Assembly (NCBI GenBank): GCA_905178155.1
Contig: CAJINV010000001.1
Coordinates: 481,643 to 545,642, forward strand
Source of the DNA: Amoebophrya sp. A120
Lineage: Eukaryota; Protista; Dinoflagellata
DNA: 64,000 nt
Direction: 5' to 3'
Under the pieces are notes generated by a model. The model had not been told where the DNA came from. It was given only the letters and a program-made list of their open reading frames with translations, and did not search any database. Positions 14,152 to 24,858 of the stretch are shown in pieces (position 1 is the first letter of the stretch; each line of letters opens with the position of its first letter). The position numbers and the translations under genes were made by a program.

Positions 14152-16206
14152 CATACCGTGTGTGCCGTGTTTTCTTGTTCGGAGGTGTGGTGCGTGTCGG
14201 CTTTCGGCTCAGCTGGCGACAAGAACAGGTGTTGCACGAACTGCAGAAAGGTCGCCGGCGCCGATGCGAAACCGCTCGGCTCCTGCTATCAAAAGGAAAA
14301 ATCCCCCCTCCCCATATCAAAATGAAATTTCTGATGCTGGATTTCCGTACACAAATCAGAGCTGTCTTGCAGTACAGGACTGCAGGCATATGCCGTGCCT
14401 GAGTACAGGGCTTCTGACGTGGACGCTTAGCGTCGCAAATGGTTATGCTGTAGCCCGAGCAGCATCACAAACCGCCCGCATAATGCTGCGGAGACTGTAG
14501 AGTTGCCTTCTTGCAAGACAAAAAGATTTGTGGTCACACATCAGCATTACAAATTTTTTGAGAAATACCTTTTTGATATGGGGAGGGGGGATTTTGCCTT
14601 ACGATACCTGCTCCAGCGGCGCATGATGGTCTTCCGTCCTCCCGTGCGCAGTCTCGATGGTGGTGTCTGTGTCACCCGCGATTTTCACATTTCGTTTTCC
14701 TCCACCTGCCGCTGCTTTCTCCGTGGTCCCCAGCTCGACAAACGACGTGGTGGAGAGGGACGCCTTGTCTGGTGACGGCGGTGTCGCGGTCGTGGTGACG
14801 GACGCCGCCTCCCCGTCGTTTCCGCTTCCACCGCAGCAACCCGCGAGGGAGCCGGGCTCGGGCGTGGTCTCGGGCGGCGCGAGCGTGCTGCCCATCGCGC
14901 GGTCCTCGGGCATCAGCGTGGAATACTCCGGGTTGGGTCCTGCGGGTCTGGGCGTGGTGGGGAGCGGCTCCGGCCGGGCATCTTGGGGGTCCTCCATCCT
15001 CCTCCCTTGCTGCAGAAAACTGGTGCTCTTCGGAGCCGGGGTGGAAGATACACTGGCATTTTCATTTTCGCTCGACGACGTCGGCGCTGCGGTCGTAGCC
15101 GCGCTTTCCGAGGAAGTCGCCTCCGCTCCTTCTCCACCGCCGCCCAGCAGTCCGTCGCAGGCGCCGCCGCACGAGTCTGCGCTCGCCGTTTGTTCCGCCG
15201 ACGAGGCCGGAGCGGTCGTCGTAGCTTCGCCATCTGCATCTGCCTTTGCCTTCTGCACGAAAGAGGAACTGTCCGGCTTGGGGCTGGTGGTTGCCGTGTC
15301 CGTCGGGGGAGTCGTAACCGCCGGCTGGTCGTCCCCACCGCAGCAGGCAGCGAGCGGATCCGCGTCAGCCGGCGGTGGTGGTTCGGTGGCCGAGGGCGCG
15401 GGAGTGGAGTCTCCCTCATCCCTGTTCTCGCCACCCTCTTTTTTCTCATCACCATCCGTTTTGTCTTTTTTGTCACCTGCCTTGCCTTTGTCACCACCTT
15501 CATCCTTGTCTTTGTGGTCCCCATCACGCTTCTTGTCGCCATCTGCTTTCACCTGCGTCGTAGCCGTCGAGGTCGAAGACGCTTCCTTCTTCGCCTGCTC
15601 CGCTGTGCTTTTCTTACTCTCCACGGTCGATGATGTCGAGGTGCTCATGGAAAGAAAACTTGAGGCATGGCCTGATGACGCCGCTGACGCCAAATTAGTC
15701 TTGACGTTGAGGTCCTCCGTTTGATGCACAGGTGTATCTGAAACGAATTGATGATTTTATCAACTTCATACATAAATCATGTTTTATGAACGACAACGAC
15801 TAGATGAAAAGGAAAACACAGCCAGAGGAAAGAATCAGAATGGGTACTTAGAAGAAACAACGGCACAAAAACATTCTCAATTCGAAACCCAAACCAACAT
15901 ACCCGTTGACAAAGTGGGTGACGCAGCAGCTGACGCCGCGCCTGCAGCAGCCAATCCCGTTCCCCGCAAATTTCCCCTCTTCACCACTGAAGTTTTTGCC
16001 GATGACGAAGCCCCTGGTGCACTGCCACCTTCATCGCTCTTCGCCCCCGCAACGGTTTGCCCGCCGAGGAACTGCCCGGTGCGCTGCGTTAGCTCCTCCA
16101 GCGAGGATGGAATCAGCCTGGCTCCAGATGCAGTAGTAGTAGTTGAACCGAGGTACACAACCGCCGTCGACAATTGGACGACCGTGCGATTCTTGTTGAC
16201 AACCAT
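14152..16206 (-). CDS. S/T/A/P-rich mucin-like protein with CCGG repeats; 3' end uncertain
   Basis: ORFs 15877-16206 and 14599-15729 join via a GT-AG intron at 15738-15902; the frame continues after introner 14287-14606. Confidence 0.55.
14287..14606. mobile_element. Introner family D
   Basis: TIR TATCAAAAGGAAAAATCCCCCCTCCCCATATCAAAA; DR CCTGC. Confidence 0.93.
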
Positions 16207-16957
16207 TTTTACTCTTTTCTCTTTTCTTGAACAAGTAATTTCAATTTTTCTCGAACAACACCGTACTCAAATTCAAATCGCATAGGTGCGAAAATAACTC
16301 CAGGAGGTGGGAGTAGGAGATCCTTCACAACTGCAGACGCAGACCGTGCTATCGGTGATTTTCAACTACATGCAGTGACCCAGGTAAACGATAGTCAAAT
16401 CAATCAGACGAGGAGTTCAAAGAAGGAGTTCTAATCGACTTCGACGAGGACTCTCACTCTCTGGCCGGTGTGTTCTCATCTGGTCGAAAAACAATACTTA
16501 CTCAGCATTTCATCTACTCGTCACGACGTCGATACGCAAGGATGGCAAAATTTTTGCAGACGATATTGATTGAACAAACTCGCGAAACAACCGCTACCAG
16601 CAGTTAGTTCACTTATAACTTTTTACTTCGTCGTCTTCTTACCGTCACGACCGGATGAATAGCACATAACTAGTACGAGACTTTTCGACAATAGTAGTTT
16701 CGCATTTACAACCCTTCTTGGAACATACAGCGAACTCTTGTTTTTTACGATTCAAGTACGTACAGAAACTCAGAACGATCACATCAATCCAGGACACGCC
16801 AGTCGCGGCTGAGTAAAGTTGGTGTCTTTGCACCCCTAGAAGTGGTGGCCCTTCCTTCTACCTAGCAATGTCGCGTGCAGCAAAATGGTATTGTTTCAAA
16901 TTTATCTGAAAGAACCCCGGACGACTGGCCGTTACGACGTCAGGCTTGTTCTACAGA

Positions 16958-19900
16958 TTATTGATGCTTCCAGCGGTTCCAATCCCCAATCGCGGCGTTA
17001 AACCAGCCGTCCCAGCGGGTGCGCAGTGCCAAGTTGAAAGCGAAGCCGACCCGCGTGACCGTGCTGTTTTCGTGCGGAGGCACCTGGTGGATGAGCCAAC
17101 TCGGAAAGCACAGCACGTCGCCCTTCTCGGGGAAGATGTAGTAGGGCTGATGGAAGGGCGCGTTTCCCTGCCACCCGTAGGCGTTCACCGCGTTCCCGTA
17201 CCGCTCGTAGTCATGCATCACGTTCCGCTATCAACTGCAAATATGTCTGGGTCTGGAAGGATTGCAGCATTGTCATGCAGGTTTTCGATGACCCACGAGG
17301 TCTGGAATGCAGTACCTAGCATGACATCGGTGGTCTACGGGCAGGCTGTCCCGGTGGCGCTTTGGCCAATCGTACAGAGAAAAAACAAAAAATACAAGTT
17401 AGGTAGGAATACAATTGAAGGTTATGAATGAAGTCAAAAGTCGTAGAGACAGTATTAAAGTAGTTCCTACGGGCATGGTCACGATTGGGCAACAGAGGGT
17501 AGAGTCACGATTGGGCAACAGAGGGTAGAGCAACGAATTGTTACGCATCTATCCGCTGGTCAAGTACGAGGAAAACGAGAGCAGCATCGAAGAAGGGAAA
17601 GGCGCGCAAGCAAGGCAGCCCAGCAGCAGCAAAAATATCAAGACAAGAAGCAGACTACCGCCACCCGGGGTCCTACCCGACCGAGAACTGTACTGGTATG
17701 GGCCAACATACCATAAAAGGTACAGAAGAAGGGTAGGTGCTCGCGTAAAGAGAAAGATGACCAAACCTACAGCGCCCGAGGGTGCATGCTCACCACTGTA
17801 GGATAATCTCTTTACCGTCTGCCAGCGGACAAGCCACTGAAAAACAAGGCAGTGCAAAGTAAACAACCAGGTTGGAGCCAGCAGGCCAACCGCAACAAGA
17901 CCGCGAAGATGACAAATTCTGTGAGATGATCTCTATCATGCCTATTCCCTCTCAACTTGGTAAAAAATGTTGGCAATCATGCAACACAGACTCTTTGCGT
18001 GATTCAGATTTAGCATGACAAGTTGCAACCTTCCAGACATCCAGGGATTTTTGCAGGCCATATCCGCCCCCGCGGGTCCATCAGAGCGATGGGCGTCTTG
18101 TATCCTGTGTAAAATATACGTCCTCCCGCCCCAGCACACTTGTCGTGCATCAAATTCAAAGCGGCAGGCCTAAATAAATGTTTCGCATGCGCAGGGGCCG
18201 CCCCATGAGAGCCATTTTCTGATGTTATCTGGAAAGTTGTGATGAAGCTGGAATCAAGATAAGGTAGACGATTTGTGATATCACGTCTGCACAACTATCT
18301 ACCTCAAACAGCACTATATTACGAGTTCAAAAAAACTTGTCATGCGCGACAGCAAAAACTTGTGCCAATTTGCGTAGCCAAATCCGCATCTTGTATCTTG
18401 ACTATTGGGTCGTCGCGGGGACGTTCAATAGTTTACTCAGGATATCTTGGTCGGGTCCGTCACGGCGTACAGGACGCAGCTGACGATGCTGTCCTGGTGC
18501 GCGTGCGGGTTGTGCCGCCCGCCCTGCTTCGGGTACACCTGCACCCAGGCAAAGGGGTCGTACGGCTGCACCTTCTTCGCGTCGGCGAGCGTGTTTTTTT
18601 GCTCCTGAAAACTCCTCATCAGTTGCTTCTCCCGGTACAGCTTCACCGCCTTCGGGCTTCTCGGCACCTTAGTTTCGTCGGAATCCGACTCGGAGTCGGT
18701 CTTTTTGCTCTTCGCTGGTACTCCCGCCGTCCTGTTTGTTCCACCGAGCGAACCGCCAGTTGTAGTAGTATCACGGTCCTCTTTCGGTTGAAACATCGCC
18801 GCCTTTTTGTTCAGCACCTGCTCGATGTCGACGCCCAATCCGGTCCGCGCAAACTCGATGGCCACGCGCTCGATCGCGGCTACCATTTTGGTCAGAGCCT
18901 TGCCACGCTTCCCCCGGTACATCTCTTTCCACACCTTGGCCTTGCGGTACAGGTCCGGGTCTTTGACCTGCAGGCCGAAAAAGTAGTCGTTCAGCTCCGC
19001 CAAGTTTTTCGCACCACCGCTGTCGTCGGCCGCCGAGGAGGACGAGGAACTGCTGCCCTCGTTGCCCTCAAACTTCTTCCGCTCGTCCTGTTCGTATTTC
19101 TGGTACTTTTGCCGCAGCTCCCGCCGACTCAACTTGGAACTCCCGGTTTTGTTGCTCACGATCTCCTATGCGTTGCAAATATATTTTCTGGGTCGTCTGG
19201 AAAGTTCTGATGCAAGTCTGCGACTGCTGGACTCACTTGAATGTACAGCCACGCATCAAAAAATTTTGAGCTGCTATGGTTCTCGCGTAATCCCTATGGC
19301 AAGCTAGGTTTTTGCATGACAGGCAAGAGGTGCTCGTTTTCGTGCACATGCAGTTGTACAGACCTCACGGTCATCATGCCAGACAAGCATGACAGATCCG
19401 GCATTTCCGTTTGTCGTCCAGAGCCAGACATTATATTTGCAGTTCATATCTCCTCCAGGTTGTGGTCGTCGGCAATCTCCTCGTATTTCGCGATCGCTTC
19501 CCGGGCCAGGTCGTCGATCACCTCCTCGGAATATCCTGTGCAAAAGTATCGTACTCGTACAACTACAAATGCGAGTCTTATTCTTAAGGTAAATCTGCAT
19601 TACAAGTTTTATCGCTCATACTGAGGGAATTTCTAATGCATTTATACGAGTACGATACTTTTGCAATGCATACGGAAATGTCCTCGTCGATGATGTTTTC
19701 AATCCCAATGTTGGTCGGGAAAATCTGCGCCACCTGCATTTGGTTACTGAGAGAAGTAGTCACACCGCTTGTAGTTCTCGTGTCCGGTTCTTGATCTTGA
19801 TCTTCACTCCCTGCTGTCAACATCTTCTTGCCGCTGCTAGTGCTAGAGGACTTCTGCTGTTCGATGTCATTTCCTGCAGTTGCTCCTGCTGCGCCGGATG

Positions 19901-22900
19901 TAGCAGTCGCACTCTCCTCCTCCGAGGAGGACGCAGATGCCGTGGCTTTCTTTTTCTTTTTGCTCTTCTTGTCTTTCTTCCCCTTCTTCGATTTTTTTTC
20001 CGTCTTCTCCTCAATTTGGTCCTGCGATGCAGCCGGGAGCAGGGAAAGCTGCAGCAGATTTTTGTTCGCGGTTGTGATGAAGGAGCGCTCGGCCATGTGG
20101 TCCGCCACGAAAAAATCTGCTAAAGTCCACCGTTGACTCGCTTTGTTGATTTTTGGCAGCATCAACACTGAAAAGTCCGGCTTGCTCGGCCACATTTTGG
20201 TGTCGTCGTCCTTCGAATCTTTTACTACTTTCGACGCCAGGGAGTTCATCATCTTCTCCCCGCATGAAGATTCTTCATCCGGGTCGTCGTCGTCTGCGCT
20301 GCATTTATTGTTCGGGGCGATTTCATCGCTGCCACGACCTGTTTTTGAGGACAGCACTTTCGTACAGGACAAAACCTGCGACTGTGCCCCGCCCTTCTCG
20401 ATGCGTTTTTTCACCACCTTCATGGCCCCGCGGAGCCACCGGATCCCCCGAACCGGTCCGAAACCCTGGTTGAACAGCCGCGCGTACAAATACAAGTTGC
20501 ACTCGACCCGGTTCGCCCGAGACTGCAGGATGTGCCAGGCGAGTTTGTGGGGGTTCCCAACGGCCTTTTTGCCCATCTCGTCTCGCTATGAAATGCAAAT
20601 ATGTCTGGGTCTGGAAGATTCTAAACTTGTGATGCTGTGTCTGGATTCTAAAAAAATTTGTATTGCATGATCTTATTTACCCCTCAACCACTATACCCCC
20701 TTTACGACCACTACCTCAGGGCAGGATCTCGGGGGGATGGGGTCAAGCTCTAACGGGGGTCGGACCCGAGTGAAACCGTTAGAGTGGCTGCATGTCCTGG
20801 TCGAATCCGGAAATTCCATGAGCAAGGTATCGTTTCCAATGGTAAACCAGGCAAACACGACGAACAGACAAAGACGAGGGACATGGGCAGAGCAAAGGGA
20901 TAGCTCGCTGGGGTCTCCTGCAGCTGAAAAATAACGTCGCGATGCGACTGGACTGGGGTCTCCAGCAGTCCACCAAAAAGCCCTATTGCAATGGCCGGGA
21001 TAGGGACCCCACCTAGGACTACGCACGACAGGCCACGAAGAGACGATGCCGAGGAGACACAGCGACGCTCCGCTCCGCTCGACGCGACAAAGCAGCAACC
21101 GCACCGCTCGTCGAGGATCGCTCCACCCCCGCGCCAAACCCCCACGAACGACGCCAGGACGACAGAAAGACGACCGCGAGCCATAAACAACTCCCCTACG
21201 AGTAAACACCCCTCACTCGTCTATCCAGCTGGTAAGCACCGTTCAGTACTCTGTGAGACGCGGGGCTGGCGACCCGAACTCCCGCACCGTAATCAACCCG
21301 CCATCCATCGCCACCACCACCTCCGCGCAGCTTGGATCCGCAAAGCCCAGCCGCATCGAAAACGTCGCACCTCGCAGGAGTAACGAGCCGCACAAACGCG
21401 CTGCCAGCGCAGCTACCACGCAAAACCTGAGGTCAATCATATGGAAAGGGGTTACCATAAGGCTACGTAAGGGTCAGAGGACAATCCGCTGCCACAACAC
21501 AGACCAAAGGATTAGGAGGGGCGACAACCACAAACGAAGAAAAAAAAGGAAATATGGGTCTGGTACTATGATCTTATCATAAGTATTCATGTGAGTGGGT
21601 GAGAGTGTGAGACAAACGAAAAACAATAAATAAAAAGTCCCTGAATTTGTATTGCATGACCAGCAATAGGACTCCAGTTTGTGCTACTCGGAGAAGACAT
21701 TTCTCATGCGGTGGAGGCATCACAAAGCCAGCGAAAAATCTGTGATGCTAGAGCATGCATCACAGACATCATGGGCCATTCAAAATATGCATGACAACAA
21801 TGGCAATCTTGCAGACCCAGACATTTTTGCAGTTGATACTCGCGCTTTTGCCACCACGAACTCCGGGTCCGCGAACAGCCCCACTTGCTTCGACACCACC
21901 GCTATCAACTGCAAAAGTGTCTGGGTCTGGACCTTTGCGCGACTTGTCATGCCGGTTTTCCATGACCCATATGATCTGTAATGGAGGACCTAGCATAACA
22001 GATTCCGTGAGATCACTATCATGCCTATCCTGCATGAGAAACTGCCTCCCAACTTCAACAAAAGTGGACAGCATTTGGTAATCATGCAACACAGATTTTT
22101 GCGTGATTCAGATTTAGCATGACAAGTTCCAACGTTCGAGACCCAGACATATTTGATTTGATAACCTCCGCCGCACTGTCCCGCTTCTTTCGGTTGTCGC
22201 CAACTAAAGAACCGGGCTTCAGCTTCCGCTCCGCAGCCGCGTCCTTGGCGGGGTCCTGTTTCGTCCGGGCCCAGGTGCTGAACACCCGGTGCGTGTGTTC
22301 TTGCGCGTAGGGCTCCAAACAGTGCTCCGGCTGCTTCCGCATTTCGCGGCCCGCGTCCGGGCCGATGTCTTTCCCGTACGAGTCCTCGGCGTCCCCCTCC
22401 TGGATCAGGCTCAACCGCTTATCAAAAGCAAAAATCCCTCCTCCCCATATCGAAAAGGTATGTTTCCGAAAATTTGCGTTGCTGATTTGAGGTCGCAAAT
22501 CACATTTGTATTGCAAGAAGACAAGGGCAGAAGCTTCCGCCCCACTATGGGAGCGATTTGCCATGCTGTTGGCCCTAAAAGTGACCCGCTTGCCATGCTG
22601 AACAACTAGACCCATTCGCCCCTACCTAGCCTGGGGATTTGGCCGCAGTGCCTCTCTGCAATACAAACCTGATTTGATGTGTACACAAATCCAGCATCAG
22701 AAATTCCGTTTTGATATGGGGAGGGGGGATTTTTCCTTTCGATACCGCTCCTCGATCGCCTTCAGATCGCTCAAATACTTTTGCCGCTCCTGTTTCGCCG
22801 TCAATTTCACTTCGTGTTTCTCCGCGACTTCTGCTTCCTCGTGTTTGGCGTTCGTAGTTGTACTTGATGCTGGTGAAACCACCGTCGCCTGCAATAGCTT

Positions 22901-24221
22901 CTCCTCGCTGGCTTGGAGTCCGCAGGAGCTGGCGAACGCCTTCTGCACGTACAGTTCGAAGCCCTTCTGCAAAAACGCGATGCCCCCCTCGATCTGCAGA
23001 AAGGGTTTTTCGTCCGTCCACGCCGAGGTGAGCCAAAGCTCCCCCACGCGGAGCCACAGCTCCGGGTTCGTCAGGTCGAAGTCCAAGGCACCGAACATCT
23101 GGCTCCTATCAAGTGCAAAAATGTCTGGGTCTGGAAGAGTGCAAACTTGTGATGCGCATTTCAGAACACAGAAAAATCTCCCATGCATAGGCAGCAAAAG
23201 TTCCCACTTTCTGTCACCAGAGTCAGGGATTTGTCATGCGGATTCGGCATTGCGGAGGCTTCTCGAAATCTGTGATGCTAGAGCTTCCATGCCAGACCTT
23301 CTGTGTCATGCAGAAGCAGCATGACTCTTCCAGACCCAGACATCTTTACAGACATGCAAGAGTTTGTCATGCATCTCCCGGATCACGCTACTGGTCAGGT
23401 CTCCAATGCACGCAAAAGCATTACAGGTTCTGCGCAGGCCTCCTGATGTCTAAGTCTATCCCGCATGAGAAATAATTCCCTATTTGCGTAGCAAGAAATG
23501 GGAAGGTTTTGGTGCTATATGCAACACAACTTTTTGCCTGTTCCAGAAATCGCATGACAAGTTCCAGTTCTTGTTCCAGACCCAGACATATTTGCATTTG
23601 ATAGTTCCGGGCCTCAAACAGTTTGGCGAATGGGTCCTCCTGCACGACGTCGCGCCTTATCGAATGCAAAAATGTCTGGGTCGGGAAGAGTGCCGGACTT
23701 GTCATACAGGTTTTTCATGACCCATGAGGTCTGGCATGGAGGGCATAGCATGACAGATTCCGTGAGAGTTCTATCATGCCTGTCCTGCATGAGAGACTGC
23801 CTCTCGATTAGGTCAAAAGTGGACAGCTTTTGGTAATCACGCAACACAGATTTTTACATGATTCAGATGTAGCATGAGAAGTTGCTTTTTTCCAGACCCA
23901 GACATTTTTGCATTTGATACGACCCATTTTCTGCCGGTAGGAGTCGGGGAGTCGGTCCAAGGCCTTCCGCAAGTAGAAAGGCGCGATCTTCTGCGACCAC
24001 TGTTTCACCCAGGTGACGCGCTGGCTCTCCAAGGCCTCCGCCGTGGCGGGGACCTGCAGGGGGTTCGCCGAGGTGGTGTTCTGCTGCGCCGCCAGCACCG
24101 TCTCCTCCGCGTTCGGGTGGATACGCCACGTGTTGCCCAGAAGCCGCCCATCCTGCGCAAACGACACGCGGACGAAGCAACAGAAGAAAAGGGCAGATGA
24201 CATTCGGAGAAATGACCTCAT
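16958..24221 (-). CDS. Secreted multidomain protein with C-terminal TIGR02466/2OG-FeII_Oxy_5-like oxygenase, paralog 1 (about 1006 aa, 9 introners)
   Basis: Signal-like MRSFLRMSSALFFCCFVRVSFA; motifs AWVQVY..HNPHAHQDSIVSCVLY, LMDPRG, GDVLCFPSWLIHQVPPH..RVGFAFNL. Span minus (elements plus one DR each) = 3021 nt, a whole number of codons. Confidence 0.85.
17327..17908. mobile_element. Unknown nested insertion with 6-bp TSD ATGACA
   Basis: ATGACA at 17321-17326 and 17909-17914; the host sequence resumes directly after the second copy. Confidence 0.8.
17478..17529. repeat. Perfect 26-nt tandem duplication GTCACGATTGGGCAACAGAGGGTAGA
   Basis: Two adjacent identical copies. Confidence 0.95.
18101..18444. 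mobile_element. Introner, family C-like (diverged)
   Basis: TATCCTGTGTAAA..ACGTCC / GGACGT..TTTACTCAGGATA; DR TCTTG. Confidence 0.88.
19167..19448. mobile_element. Introner family A (diverged)
   Basis: Degenerate family A TIRs; DR TCTCC. Confidence 0.88.
19532..19672. mobile_element. Introner family B (141 bp)
   Basis: Family B TIRs; DR CGGAA. Confidence 0.92.
20587..21838. mobile_element. Introner family A with a nested 973-bp insertion
   Basis: DR CTCGC; the two halves are collinear with 29143-29408. Confidence 0.9.
20671..21643. mobile_element. Unknown nested insertion with 16-bp TSD (retroposon-like)
   Basis: AATTTGTATTGCATGA at 20655-20670 and 21644-21659; no TIR; A-rich right end. 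Confidence 0.88.
21903..22163. mobile_element. Introner family A
   Basis: Family A TIRs; DR ACCGC/ACCTC. Confidence 0.88.
22420..22744. mobile_element. Introner family D
   Basis: Family D TIRs; DR CCGCT. Confidence 0.93.
23107..23603. mobile_element. Composite double-length family A introner (497 bp)
   Basis: DR GCTCC/GTTCC; internal TIR remnant CTTCCAGACCCAGACATCTTTACA at about 23327-23350. Confidence 0.85.
23658..23919. mobile_element. Introner family A
   Basis: Family A TIRs; DR degenerate (CGCCT/CGACC); removal restores the frame. Confidence 0.86.
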
Positions 24222-24858
24222 GGACGATGAGATATAAACGTGCTTATGCGACGACGAGGAAGAGGAAACCATTTTCATAATACAGTAGCAATTTTTTTTT
24301 CGACAGGAAATACTGAGAGTTGAAAAAATCGCTGTTTGGGGTGAATCTTGAGAAAAAAAACCTGACTAATCTGTGAGTGAAAAGGCAAACAACAGCCTTA
24401 TTAAAGAACTATCGAGAAAACTCCGATCATTCCATGCTCGTCAAACAATCTTGTGCCCCGTAGGGCGGTACTACTTAAGCGCGACAACTTTTCTTTTGGC
24501 CCACGACGATATTGATCTAGTTACAACACAGCTGCATCTTCTGAAGGAATTTTCCCAATTATCCCACTTCGGACGAAAGAAGGACGTTGGCACAAGCGCT
24601 TCCACCTTCGAGACGATCTGCTATAATTTCATCTCTGTTTAAACGCAAACGTTGAGTAGTAAACTGTTCTTTCTTGGAATTAAATCATAGTGGTCCCTGT
24701 AAACGTCGCAGAAATTATCCTGAGCTACTTTGGATCCACAGACTTTTGCTGTGCCCCGACGAGTCGATGGGAGAGCAGTTCTTCTGTGACGTATTATACC
24801 TAGCAGCAAAAATGTAGTTCGTTCTACTGATTGACACGAAAATTTTCTGTACTTCGCC

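Larger units (their letters stand above)
17229..18062. mobile_element. Introner family A with a nested 582-bp insertion
   Basis: DR TCCGC; the two halves are collinear with 1937-2201. Confidence 0.9.

Noticed and set aside
14657-15724. Long plus-strand ORFs (also 4140-4997, 18275-19210 and 43988-44557)
   Set aside because: They are antisense shadows of GC-rich minus-strand coding exons.
17549-17866. Hydrophobic 105-aa ORF in the nested insert as a cargo membrane protein
   Set aside because: It is explained by the T-rich strand composition, starts at a non-ATG codon and shows no recognisable homology.
5408-19672. Introner lengths as nucleosome multiples (B ~145 bp, D ~320 bp)
   Set aside because: Other families (215-285 bp) do not fit, and there are too few copies to test.
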